A DNA stretch of 64,000 nucleotides from an uncultured Spirochaetia bacterium (GTDB lineage Bacteria; Spirochaetota; Spirochaetia; CAKZLE01). The notes under the pieces were generated by a model that did not search any database, was not told the origin of the DNA, and was given only the letters and a program-made list of their open reading frames with translations. Position 1 is the stretch's first letter. Each line of letters starts with the position of its first letter. The position numbers were made by a program, and so were the translations under genes. The stretch covers positions 14,557-78,556 of the forward strand of contig CAKZLE010000004.1 of NCBI GenBank assembly GCA_937125225.1, in the 5' to 3' direction. Positions 39,234-49,482 of this stretch are shown here, in pieces.

Positions 39234-40139
39234 ATGGAAAGAGCGCGTTTGATGGGACACAAGAGAGATTATCATACACAACGGCAGTTACTGGGTATCA
39301 TCTTCATCATACCTACGGTACTCTTCCTCCTTGTGTTCGTCATCTATCCAGTCATATACAATGTCATCTTGAGTTTCACCGATGCACGTCTGATGAAGCC
39401 GGACTTCTCGTTCATCGCCTTTGATAACTATAAGAAACTCTTCTCTAATATGAGATTCTTGAAATATGTGAAGAACACATTGATATGGACGTTCTTCTCA
39501 GTGATCGGTCAGCTTCTTCTTGGGCTTTCGATCGCACTTCTGATCAACAAGAAAAAATCTGGAACAGGGTTAAGGAGCTTCCTGCTCATCCCCTATGTGG
39601 TTCCGGCAGTCGCTCTCGCTCTTGTCACTAAATGGGTGACCAATGGAGATTATGGTATCGTGAGCTGGTGGCTCAATTCATTGGGTCTTCTCGAATACAG
39701 ACAATCTCCTCTTGCGGTACCAGGTAGTGCGATGGCCGTATTGATCATCGTGAATATCTGGAGGTCCTATCCCTTTCCCATGCTCATCTACTGGGCAACT
39801 CTTAAGGGTATAGATAAGGAGTTGTATGATGCAGCGAATGTCGATGGTGCAGGAACATTTCAGACTTTCTGGAATATAACACTCCCTCATCTGAAGAACA
39901 CTACTATCGTACTCGCTATCCTGCGAATCGTCTGGACAGCTACCTATTTCGATCTGATCTGGCTAATCACAGGAGGTGGTCCTGCTGGTACGACCACACA
40001 CCTGCCCATCATGATCTATCAGGCATCCTTTGGGACATTCCAAACAGGTTATGCATCGAGCATCTCGGTGGTACTAGGACTGTTTCTCTTTATCTGTGTC
40101 GTATTCTACGTTAAAAAGACCATTGCGAATGATCGCTGA
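39234..40139 (+). CDS. Carbohydrate ABC transporter permease (MalF-like)
   Basis: ELYDAANVDGA EAA loop; ITGGGPAGTT. Confidence 0.93.
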   Translation: MERARLMGHKRDYHTQRQLLGIIFIIPTVLFLLVFVIYPVIYNVILSFTDARLMKPDFSFIAFDNYKKLFSNMRFLKYVKNTLIWTFFSVIGQLLLGLSIALLINKKKSGTGLRSFLLIPYVVPAVALALVTKWVTNGDYGIVSWWLNSLGLLEYRQSPLAVPGSAMAVLIIVNIWRSYPFPMLIYWATLKGIDKELYDAANVDGAGTFQTFWNITLPHLKNTTIVLAILRIVWTATYFDLIWLITGGGPAGTTTHLPIMIYQASFGTFQTGYASSISVVLGLFLFICVVFYVKKTIANDR

Positions 40140-40154
40140 GGATAGGACAAAAAC

Positions 40155-40997
40155 ATGAAAACAAACATAATCAAGCATATAAGAGATGACTTTTGGTTCT
40201 ATATCATGGTACTTATTACTGTGATGTTCGTAGGCTTCCCACTCCTGTGGATGGCCTTGAGTTCCTTGAAGCCCTCGGTAGAACTGTTCAAGATGCCTCC
40301 TCAGATCTTTCCGAAGAACCCGACTCTACTCTGGTACAAGAATACGTTCAGTAATTCGACTGTCGTTCGTTATTTCTTCAATAGTTTTCTTGTAGCGAGT
40401 TCAACTATGATCATTGATATGGTCATCGCTACCTTGGGAGCCTATAGTCTAGCAAGATTCAGCTATAGGGGAAGACGCTTCATCATGATGACAGTTCTGT
40501 CTGCCTACTGTCTTCCACCCATCATGTTGATGATTCCTCTCTATAGGATCATTGCAGCATTGGGTCTCAATTCTAGCTATCTGGGGGTAATCATTGGTCA
40601 TGTTACCTTTACATTCCCCTTCAGTGTGTGGCTACTGATTCCCTTCTTCCAGAAGGTCCCAAAAGAGATGGAGGAGGCTGCGATCGTAGATGGAGCTACC
40701 TCGTTGAAGATCTTCTCTGCAATTATGCTTCCGTTATGTGTTCCTGGTATTCTTAGTACCGGGATCATGGCCTTTATTCTCTCCTGGAATGAATACCTTC
40801 TATCGAGTGTTCTTATCATCAGTGATACCATGAAGACTTTGACCGTTGGACTTGCGAACTATATAAGTTCAACAGAGATCGATTGGGGGGCGATCATGGC
40901 CTTAGGGACCGCAACCACTCTACCAATAGTCATTATGTTCTCTGCCATCCAGAAATACTTTGTAGAAGGTTTGACTGCAGGAGCAGTCAAGGGATAA
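40155..40997 (+). CDS. Carbohydrate ABC transporter permease (MalG-like)
   Basis: EMEEAAIVDGA, SWNEY, FVEGLTAGAVKG. Confidence 0.93.
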   Translation: MKTNIIKHIRDDFWFYIMVLITVMFVGFPLLWMALSSLKPSVELFKMPPQIFPKNPTLLWYKNTFSNSTVVRYFFNSFLVASSTMIIDMVIATLGAYSLARFSYRGRRFIMMTVLSAYCLPPIMLMIPLYRIIAALGLNSSYLGVIIGHVTFTFPFSVWLLIPFFQKVPKEMEEAAIVDGATSLKIFSAIMLPLCVPGILSTGIMAFILSWNEYLLSSVLIISDTMKTLTVGLANYISSTEIDWGAIMALGTATTLPIVIMFSAIQKYFVEGLTAGAVKG

Positions 40998-41039
40998 GAC
41001 TTCTATAGTCACCCATGAGATAGTCTTCCTCTCTGAAGA

Positions 41040-41067
41040 AACAGGTATCCAATGATGGATGCCTGTT
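41040..41067 (+). terminator. Terminator of the ABC operon
   Basis: AACAGGTATCCA-atga-TGGATGCCTGTT. Confidence 0.65.
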
Positions 41068-41265
41068 CTTAGATTAATGAGAGTATGGCGCCTATGCTAG
41101 CTCTTTTGTTGGTTGACCCCTGATACCATCGCTAGGGTCAAGGATTTCTGCAATTACTAGCCATGAAAATTGTATTCTAGATAAAGTGAGTTTATAATGA
41201 TGCTCATACGTCTTTTGAAGGGCACTATCATGATGTACTCAGGTGACATGTAGGCAATATGCTAT

Positions 41266-41955
41266 ATGGAGGTGTTGAAGTTGATAAAGAATACCATACA
41301 AGTCATGAAAACAAAACATATCAATTACCTACGAGAAGATGGTCAAAAGATCAAACATAAACCCTGGTTAGGTGATTTATTCTCATTCCTGTATGATTCA
41401 ATCATGACTAGATCTATATTTCCTAAGAAATTTGGTGCCTCAATCAAAGAACATACTCGATTCTTAGAAAATGAATGTATAGATATACATAACAGAAGGG
41501 TCTTGGAACTAGCTACTGGTAGTGGGTCGATTACCGAGGTTCTTCCTTGTGATAATACCTATCGAGGGATAGATATCAGTGAAGGTCTGTTAAGAATCGC
41601 ATATAGAAAATTCCTGTTACAGGGTTTTGAAGATTTTGAGCTGTTTGTGTGTGATGCTGAAGCCTTGCCGTTTGAAGATGATCAATTTGACCTATGCATC
41701 TGTAATCTCTCATTGAATTTCTTCAACAACCTTGATCGAGTGGTTAAAGAGTTGAAAAGAGTAATCATACCTGAAGGGGTCTTTATATGCAGTGTTCCGG
41801 TTCCGGAGAGAAATACCAAAGACAGTGAAATAAGAGGTCACTTACTCTCGGAAAGCGAACTGAGAACGTTATTTGAACAAAACGGTTTCTCAATCTCTTC
41901 ATACGATTTCGTGAATGGGGCAATCTTGTATTTCAAGGGTATAAAGATTGATTAG
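41266..41955 (+). CDS. Class I SAM-dependent methyltransferase
   Basis: VLELATGSG, GIDIS, CDAEALPFEDDQFD; start uncertain (TTG 41281 follows GGAGGTG). Confidence 0.88.
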   Translation: MEVLKLIKNTIQVMKTKHINYLREDGQKIKHKPWLGDLFSFLYDSIMTRSIFPKKFGASIKEHTRFLENECIDIHNRRVLELATGSGSITEVLPCDNTYRGIDISEGLLRIAYRKFLLQGFEDFELFVCDAEALPFEDDQFDLCICNLSLNFFNNLDRVVKELKRVIIPEGVFICSVPVPERNTKDSEIRGHLLSESELRTLFEQNGFSISSYDFVNGAILYFKGIKID

Positions 41956-42340
41956 GAGACTTGCGGTTGGGACACTTGAACTGATTTAATAAGACTCTGT
42001 ATTTCTTTATGAGAATATAATTTGGAAAATCTTAATGACTTCCCACCCAACCCTTTAGTTCAATACGATTAATTCCTCACCTCTGTACTCTTATGATATA
42101 TTGGTGCATTTCATGTTCAATGTATATAGTGCAGATCTTTATTAGTTATTTTTTTGAGATTTACCTGTGTATCAATTGGGATAAGAAAGAAAATAAATTA
42201 ATAAACTCTTTGTTATAGTAGAATATACTATCTATATGTTATGATGCTATTCAGAAAATATCGTGGTCTGATTATTCAAGAATAGGAGCTTTAATATAGA
42301 AATCTTATTAGAATAATCCCTCCTTAGAATAGGATGTACT

Positions 42341-45007
42341 ATGAATGATTTGAGTTTAAGAAGATATTGTACTATGACGATAGGTATTATACTCCTACTA
42401 TTGGTTGCAGGTTGTGAGACGATAGAACCCAATAGTGAAGAGCCTTTTTCTGTGAAAGATGAAAAGCGGTATGAAGAAATTATTAATGACCGTTGCGCCC
42501 GGCTCAATAGACAAGATGTCAGTTCCGTAGTTATCAATGAGGTCTCAATCTGGAATCATTCTGAACTCGAGACCGAAGATGGAGAGTTCCCTAGTTGGTT
42601 AGAAATAAAGAACAATATGGAGCTTCCTCAATCCATAGAGGGTTGGAGGATCAAGATACATGATCAGGATGGTTCTTCCTTGGTATTACCTCCTTTTCCA
42701 GCCTTGATGCTTGAACCTGATGAGATAAAGGTGATTGCCTTTGTTCCAAAGCTCTCTAAGCTTCCCGTAGTTAGTATCAGAGTTGGTACCGATCTCCCTA
42801 AAAGTACGATTGCTTTGGAGCTTCTCGATCCTATGGGTACTTCAGTTAATCTTTTCAATCTGAACGAGGTTGCTCCTTATGATTGGACTCAACCTTCAAA
42901 GAGAGATTTTTCCCAGTTTCGAAGAACTTCGTTGGTTAGAGAGATCTTGAGTGGATGTCATGCAACACCAGGATTAGAGAATGATGTGATTATCCCCTCA
43001 CCAGTATTTAAGCAGGATTCTGGCTTCTTTGAAGAGTTTATATTGCAATTTGAAACTTCAACTCTTCCTGAAGGGTATCAGATTGTTTATACGATCAATG
43101 ATGGTCAGTTATGGGATGATGATGTTCTATTTGGATATCACAAGTGGGATTATCCAACCCTTGTTAGTGGTGTGAGATATACTGGTCCTGTCACTCTTGA
43201 CAAGACTTCTGTGGTGAAAGCTCGTGTATTTGCTCCGAGTGGGGCTTGTGGTCCTCTGGAGACAAGAACATATTTTATTGGAGAGAAGACAGATCTTCCC
43301 ATAGTTTCTCTTACAATAGATCCTGCTGATCTTTGGGATGCTGTTGAGGGGATATATACCGAAGGTCCTGATCCAGAGGATCGAAATTATTTGAAGAAAG
43401 CTTACCGTTCTCTTCATATGGAATATTTTCCAGATGATTCTTCAATTGCATCTGTTATCGATGGTGATTTTCCTTTCAGGATATTTGGATACTATTCTAG
43501 ATATTATCCTCAGAAATCTTTAGCTATCTATGCGAACAGTCATAGAAAATCTGATCTAATCCCAAATTTTTTCTTCGAGACTGGATCTGCCAAGGATATA
43601 GATTCTCTCTCTGCTATTGTCATGAGGAACTCCGGTGGAGATAACTCTAGAACGATGTTCAGAGATGCGTTAGCAACTGAAATCACCACCGGCTATGATA
43701 TTGAAATGCAGGATAATAGGGCGGTAATTGCTTTTATAAATGGGCAGTATTGGGGAATCTACAATATTAGAGAGAAGATAAATGAGTATTTTCTTGAAGA
43801 TCATACAGGAATGAATCCCCAAAAGATCGATCTGATCGAAGGAGTTTACCGTGAATATATGACAGTCAATGAGGGTGATTTCGAAAAAATGGATGAACTG
43901 ATCGAACTCATTAAAAACTATGATCCAAAATATGAGATAGCATATAATCAATATGGGGATTTGATCGATATAGATAATTTTATTGATTATATGATCTTTC
44001 AGGTCTTTATCAATAATACTGACTGGCCATGGAATAATACTAAGTACTGGAGACCTAGGACTGAGGATGGGAAATGGCGATTTATCTTGTTCGATACTGA
44101 TGGATGTATGGATACAAAAGAATACCATACTAGTCACTTACCAGAAGAGGGCTATGCTCATGGGTTATCAAGTTTCGATATGCTCTCTTTTGTTAGTTCA
44201 GAAAATAACCCCGCTGTGGTTTGTAAGTTGCTGGCAAGGTTACTCAGAAATCAAGAATTCTATGATAAGTTCATCGCAAGGTTTGAGTTTCTTCTTGATA
44301 CTCATTTGACATCAGAGATGTTTCAAGAAAAGATTGACGAACATGTTGGGAACATAGAGGGGGAGATTCCAAGACATTGTGATCGTTGGACCTATAAGGA
44401 TGAAGAGACTGGAGAACATATTAAAAGATCTTTTGAAGTATGGGAACAAGAGGTTCAGGTATTACGGGATTTTGTAGATCAGCGTATAGATTATATTGAA
44501 GAATATCTTACTGCTTTTCAAGAAAGGGTTCACCCTCCAGGTTTGGAACGGATAGAGAATGGAGGATTCGAAGATGAAGACTATTCTATGTGGAACATGG
44601 TTTGGTCAGAAGATTCTGTTAATAGTAGGATTCTTGAGTTAGATGGTTCAAGAGTTGGCTATTTGAAGATGATAGAAGGGGAAAAGAATCCTTGGGATGC
44701 AGTCTCTTATGTCTATGATGATATTTTCATGCAAACTGGTGAGATTCTCAAGTTTTCTTTTGATGTTCGGGTTAATACTAAACTTACTGGTGATGAGGTC
44801 CTCAGAGTCAAAATTTTCGAGATTACATCGCATGATATGATTGCTGTAAAGGACTTTATACCAAGAACTGATTGGAATAGGGAAAGTATGACCTTTACCT
44901 ATAGTGGGCCGACGATTTTTTCAGGTCGTATGCAGTTTAGGGTTGGAAACCTCAATACCGGACAGGAGATGTATCTAGATAATATTACCCTTGAGGTCGT
45001 GAACTGA
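42341..45007 (+). CDS. CotH kinase family lipoprotein (lamin-tail, Fn3-like, CotH, CBM4/9-like domains)
   Basis: LVAGC; VVINEV...WLEIKN; FINGQYWGIYNIREK, NTDWPWNN, WRFILFDTD; C-terminal IENGGFE...YLDNI. Confidence 0.85.
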   Translation: MNDLSLRRYCTMTIGIILLLLVAGCETIEPNSEEPFSVKDEKRYEEIINDRCARLNRQDVSSVVINEVSIWNHSELETEDGEFPSWLEIKNNMELPQSIEGWRIKIHDQDGSSLVLPPFPALMLEPDEIKVIAFVPKLSKLPVVSIRVGTDLPKSTIALELLDPMGTSVNLFNLNEVAPYDWTQPSKRDFSQFRRTSLVREILSGCHATPGLENDVIIPSPVFKQDSGFFEEFILQFETSTLPEGYQIVYTINDGQLWDDDVLFGYHKWDYPTLVSGVRYTGPVTLDKTSVVKARVFAPSGACGPLETRTYFIGEKTDLPIVSLTIDPADLWDAVEGIYTEGPDPEDRNYLKKAYRSLHMEYFPDDSSIASVIDGDFPFRIFGYYSRYYPQKSLAIYANSHRKSDLIPNFFFETGSAKDIDSLSAIVMRNSGGDNSRTMFRDALATEITTGYDIEMQDNRAVIAFINGQYWGIYNIREKINEYFLEDHTGMNPQKIDLIEGVYREYMTVNEGDFEKMDELIELIKNYDPKYEIAYNQYGDLIDIDNFIDYMIFQVFINNTDWPWNNTKYWRPRTEDGKWRFILFDTDGCMDTKEYHTSHLPEEGYAHGLSSFDMLSFVSSENNPAVVCKLLARLLRNQEFYDKFIARFEFLLDTHLTSEMFQEKIDEHVGNIEGEIPRHCDRWTYKDEETGEHIKRSFEVWEQEVQVLRDFVDQRIDYIEEYLTAFQERVHPPGLERIENGGFEDEDYSMWNMVWSEDSVNSRILELDGSRVGYLKMIEGEKNPWDAVSYVYDDIFMQTGEILKFSFDVRVNTKLTGDEVLRVKIFEITSHDMIAVKDFIPRTDWNRESMTFTYSGPTIFSGRMQFRVGNLNTGQEMYLDNITLEVVN

Positions 45008-45278
45008 TAAATAATTAGAAAATGTTACAGAGATTATTGGTATAGTCAAAAGGATGAATTACTTATAAAAAGTCACTGATAGAATGAGTTGCACTAAATA
45101 CAGTCTTGATGAGATCGAGTCTGTCAATATTCTTGAGAGAACTTTCCTGTATCTTTTATCCTATCGTCTATTGAACTAGTATCTTACAATTATTGTATAT
45201 TTACTCTGAGTGTCATTTGGTGTATTATTCCATCTTCATTACAACATGTGTTATACTCATAATAATTTGGAGTTATAT

Positions 45279-46379
45279 ATGAAAAAGCATACTAAATCAG
45301 TCATAATTATACTATTACTCACCATAGCTGTTCTTCCACTCTTTTCTACAGAAGATTCGAGGCAGCCCTTCTTACGTTTTGAACTCGCTCCTATGGAGCC
45401 CCTGTTCCGAGAACCATTAGCCGATCCCTATTCCTGTTCTTCTAGTGTGACTCATATGTCCATGAGTGATGAGCAGAGTATTCCTCACACTGTCTTGATC
45501 AGTAATGGTGAAGAATATGAGGAGGTCTCTTTCAGGGATGTTGACTTTGAGAATAAGAATGAGTTCTTTCAATTGAAAAGTGCCGTCAACATTGGTTTGA
45601 TGCGGCTTTCTGTAGGACCACTCCAGGTCGAAGGATACCTTCAAGGAGGGCTCAGTTCCACCTTTCAGGGGTTTGGTGCCCTTGATACATTAGGATTCGG
45701 AGGGATCTATGGAGCAGGAGTTTCAGTACGTTTATTCAATGTACTTGCTCTACAGGGTGGATTGCATCACTTCTCAGGACACTGGGGTGATGAGACGCTA
45801 GTGACTCTCGCAGAAGAAGGTGTAGATCTAGCAAATACCAAACTCGAAGAGTACACTCGTGGTAACTCCTGGTTAGCAGGATTTTCCCTTGATTTTTCTG
45901 AACATGGGCGAATCTATGGATTTGCAGAACTTCCTATGGATCAGGCCTGGGTCAGACCCGGTATCCATGTTCCCTCTTTCGTATACAAACCAGGCTCAAC
46001 CGAGCAATTACAGTTTGACTATATAACAGGGCAGGAGGGACTGACAGATCTTGAACTCTATGACTCCTCCTACAAAGCATGGAGGCTGCAGTGTGGTCTA
46101 GAGTATCGGATTCCGATACTGAAGTTAGGGTCACTTTTTCTAGCTGGAGACTTTCAGTTTCATCAAGATGGGCAGACGTTACATCAGGTAGGAGCCTACA
46201 GCCCAGATAATCCCTGGGAGACTGAATTCACTGTAGGTGGAGGATTTGAGTTCGATCAGACCCTTCTTGGACGGAAGATCCGTCTAGAAGCCTACTATCA
46301 TGATGGGAGATTCCCTGAGTTGAACTTTTTCTATCAACGTAGCAGATATATCAGTATGGGATTCGCGGTCAACGGATAA
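45279..46379 (+). CDS. DUF1207-like exported protein, probable beta-barrel, paralog 1
   Basis: Signal peptide; LFREPLADP, HHFSGHWGDE, EAYYHDGRFP, C-terminal YISMGF. Confidence 0.65.
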   Translation: MKKHTKSVIIILLLTIAVLPLFSTEDSRQPFLRFELAPMEPLFREPLADPYSCSSSVTHMSMSDEQSIPHTVLISNGEEYEEVSFRDVDFENKNEFFQLKSAVNIGLMRLSVGPLQVEGYLQGGLSSTFQGFGALDTLGFGGIYGAGVSVRLFNVLALQGGLHHFSGHWGDETLVTLAEEGVDLANTKLEEYTRGNSWLAGFSLDFSEHGRIYGFAELPMDQAWVRPGIHVPSFVYKPGSTEQLQFDYITGQEGLTDLELYDSSYKAWRLQCGLEYRIPILKLGSLFLAGDFQFHQDGQTLHQVGAYSPDNPWETEFTVGGGFEFDQTLLGRKIRLEAYYHDGRFPELNFFYQRSRYISMGFAVNG

Positions 46380-46397
46380 ACAGGAGAGTTACACAGC

Positions 46398-47471
46398 ATG
46401 AGAACAAAACAGCTAATATGGGGAATCCTATTTTTCCTAATCACTATTCCAATAACAGCAACACATTCGCCAAGGAGTCTTTCGTTCGATCTATATGCCC
46501 CTGCTGCACTCTTTCCGGAGGCCGTTGCAGATCCTCATTCATCTGCAAGTAAGTTGCATGTCCTGTCAATCCTAGAAGGACAACCGAGAACCATCAAGGT
46601 AGAGGGAACTAATACCTATGAGGATGTATCCATCTATACCGGGGATAAATATTCTTCGGAAACACTCTATGCACAATTGAAGACTGGTGTGAATCTTGGG
46701 CTTTTTCGATTGAGTTACCAGGACTCAGTTGCAGTCGAGTTTGCATTTCAGGGAGCTTTGAACTCTGTCTTTCAGGGCTTCGGAGGGGCTGATATGTTAG
46801 GCTTTGATGGGAGTTTCTTCATCGGTACCAATGTGAAGCTATTCAATATATTGACTGCTCGTTATGGATTACAGCACTATTCAGGCCATTATGGTGATGA
46901 GACTCTGGAAAATGTTCGTGACCATTCAGGAAGTACTGCTACTCCTATCGAATACTGTAGGGATAATAATATTCTTGCAGGTATCTCCCTTCCTGTGGGT
47001 AACAACCTTCGCTTATATGCAGATGCAAGCAAACCCATTGGGGATGCCTGGATGAATCCTGCCGTACATATTCCTTCTTGGGTGATCAAAGAGACCTCTG
47101 GTGAACCATTGTATATCTCGGTGTCCAATAACGAAGGAATCGATCCTGCGGCTCTGCCAGCCTCTTATAAGGCTTGGATCATCCAGACAGGAGCTGAATT
47201 GACTCTCCCAATTGGCTTTGGAGAAATCTTTCTTGCAGGTGATCTAAAACTTCACCAGGATGGACAGACTAATCATATGCCTGGACAGTATGCTGAAGAT
47301 GATCCATGGGAGAAAGAGTTCACAGTCGGAGGTGGGATCGCATTCTATCAGGCTGAGGGGCTTGGAAAAGCACGGCTTGAAGCCTATTACCATGATGGGA
47401 GATTTCCCTTGTTGAACTTCTTTTATCAGAGAACGAGATATATCTCCATCGGATTCGGTTTTAGTGATTAA
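46398..47471 (+). CDS. DUF1207-like exported protein, probable beta-barrel, paralog 2
   Basis: LFPEAVADP, QHYSGHYGDE, EAYYHDGRFP, YISIGFGF; clearly homologous to the upstream gene. Confidence 0.65.
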   Translation: MRTKQLIWGILFFLITIPITATHSPRSLSFDLYAPAALFPEAVADPHSSASKLHVLSILEGQPRTIKVEGTNTYEDVSIYTGDKYSSETLYAQLKTGVNLGLFRLSYQDSVAVEFAFQGALNSVFQGFGGADMLGFDGSFFIGTNVKLFNILTARYGLQHYSGHYGDETLENVRDHSGSTATPIEYCRDNNILAGISLPVGNNLRLYADASKPIGDAWMNPAVHIPSWVIKETSGEPLYISVSNNEGIDPAALPASYKAWIIQTGAELTLPIGFGEIFLAGDLKLHQDGQTNHMPGQYAEDDPWEKEFTVGGGIAFYQAEGLGKARLEAYYHDGRFPLLNFFYQRTRYISIGFGFSD

Positions 47472-47518
47472 TAGCAAATAAGGTTGTTCCATCAAAAAGG
47501 CACTTTTGCACTCTGATC

Positions 47519-49312
47519 TCAGGCCTCCTTTGGGCATACCTGATTCTTACCAGCTCTTTTTGCCTTATAGAGCTCTTCATCTGCTCTATCTATGACAGAA
47601 GAACAGGAATCTCCCTGTTGATAGGTACTGACACCAAGAGAGATCGTTTGATTCGGGCTTATAGGGAATTTCGTCTCAGAGGCATTCATTCTCAGATGCT
47701 CAGCCATGATAAGCGTCTTTGCTAGAGCTGTCTCAGGACATAGGATCAGGAACTCCTCTCCTCCATACCGATATACCGTATCGGTGACCCTGATAGAACT
47801 CTGTAGTCTTCTAGCGATCTTCTTGAGAACCTCATCTCCCTCACTATGTCCATAATTGTCATTGACCTCTTTAAAATCATCAATATCCAATAAGATGAGA
47901 GAGAACGTCGATCCATATCGCCTAGCTCGTTCGATCTCCTGGGATAATAGTTCATCTAGCTTCAGACGATTATAGAGACCTGTGAGCTTGTCTGTGACCG
48001 ATAGGAGCTCTACCTTCTTCTTATCAGTGATATCCTGACCAATCGAAGTATACCCGATAAGGGTCTTTTCCAGATTATAGAAGGGAATCAACTGCACATC
48101 TACCCAGAAGCAATTACCATCTTTGGAGACCTTTTCGATCTCCCCTGAAAAGACTGAATGAGACCTGATCTTCTCCATGATAGCCTCATAGAGCATATCA
48201 GACATATTGCTGCTCCAAAGCTCCCTGAACTGCCTACCTAGAAGTTCATCACTCTCATACCCACTCAAAGCACAGAAGGCAGCAGAGACTTCAATGATCA
48301 TTCCCGTCATGTCGATACTCAGAGATATGATATTCTTGTCTATAAGAGAGAGATATTCCTTCATGGAGCTTTCCATATAGATCCTTTTCTTTATCTCACG
48401 CTTCAACCGTCTGTTGATACGATTGAAGCAAAGGATAATAGTTACCCCTATGAGTGCCGCGATGAAGATCACTAGGAGTATGTCCTTAAGTTGGATCCCG
48501 TGTTCATAGCGAACTGAGAAGTAGGAATCTGTGATCGAATTCTTTGTAGCTTCTGGGATTGCCTCTAACCCTTTATTGATGATCGAGACTAGTTGAGGCC
48601 AGTCGTCACGGATAGCCATCGCATTGGCATGGTTTCCAAAGGGGGTAGGTGCGGCGATCTTCACGTTATGGAGATCGTTCTGCTTGATGAAGAAACTTCC
48701 GGTAGCAAGATTCCCTATATAGGCATCGACCTCTCCCACCGCTAGAGCCTCTATTGCTAGTTCAGTGGCATGAATCCCTGAATATGGTCTTAAGAGGATC
48801 TCAGGATAATTGGTCTCAAGGAGGCTTTGCATGACAAATCCCTCCTGTACGGCTACAGTCTTTCCATAGAGGTCTCTTATCCCAGAGATGAAGTGTGAAT
48901 CGTCACGGGTGAAGATGACCCAAGGAGGTGCCACATATTCTGTAGTGAAGAGCATATGCTCTTTTCTCTCTTCAGTGATCTTTGCAGTGAGGATGAGATC
49001 TATATCTTTCTTCAAGGAAAGAGCCTCTAATGCATCAGTCCATTTCTGTGGATAGGAGACTAGGGTGTAGTCAATATCTAGTCGATCGAAGATGTAGGAT
49101 ATGTAATCAACAGAGATTCCACGATAACTATCATTATCACTCATATGATAGGGGGGCCAATTAGCCACCCTGACAATCACAGCATGCCCTTCCTCGAGCC
49201 AAGTGGTCTCTGCAGCAGTCAGTGAGATCGACTCCTCAAAAGAGGGTTGATCTGCAGAGAGGGAAAAAGAGGTCAGTAGGATAAAGACAATAAGAAAAAT
49301 CTTTGTTTTCAT
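47519..49312 (-). CDS. Diguanylate cyclase (periplasmic SBP_bac_3, TM, PAS, GGDEF)
   Basis: TDKLTGLYNR, DIDDFKEVNDNYGH, RVTD I-site, RYGGEEF. Confidence 0.93.
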   Translation of the reverse strand: MKTKIFLIVFILLTSFSLSADQPSFEESISLTAAETTWLEEGHAVIVRVANWPPYHMSDNDSYRGISVDYISYIFDRLDIDYTLVSYPQKWTDALEALSLKKDIDLILTAKITEERKEHMLFTTEYVAPPWVIFTRDDSHFISGIRDLYGKTVAVQEGFVMQSLLETNYPEILLRPYSGIHATELAIEALAVGEVDAYIGNLATGSFFIKQNDLHNVKIAAPTPFGNHANAMAIRDDWPQLVSIINKGLEAIPEATKNSITDSYFSVRYEHGIQLKDILLVIFIAALIGVTIILCFNRINRRLKREIKKRIYMESSMKEYLSLIDKNIISLSIDMTGMIIEVSAAFCALSGYESDELLGRQFRELWSSNMSDMLYEAIMEKIRSHSVFSGEIEKVSKDGNCFWVDVQLIPFYNLEKTLIGYTSIGQDITDKKKVELLSVTDKLTGLYNRLKLDELLSQEIERARRYGSTFSLILLDIDDFKEVNDNYGHSEGDEVLKKIARRLQSSIRVTDTVYRYGGEEFLILCPETALAKTLIMAEHLRMNASETKFPISPNQTISLGVSTYQQGDSCSSVIDRADEELYKAKRAGKNQVCPKEA

Positions 49313-49448
49313 GTGTTGAATAATTCTCTCATTTATTCATTTTAGATGAACTCATACTAGGATGCAATCATTATTAGCCTTTAGTAGCAGAAAACACCGA
49401 AAGATACTTAAATGTTCAGTACTCCTTGATGATGGCTTACGATATCAT

Positions 49449-49477
49449 TTGACCCCAATCCATCCTCCGATTACTAT
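49449..49477 (+). promoter_or_regulatory. sigma70 promoter abutting the ptsP start codon (leaderless)
   Basis: TTGACC-17-TACTAT-5 nt-ATG; no properly spaced SD. Confidence 0.6.
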
Positions 49478-49482
49478 AGGGT

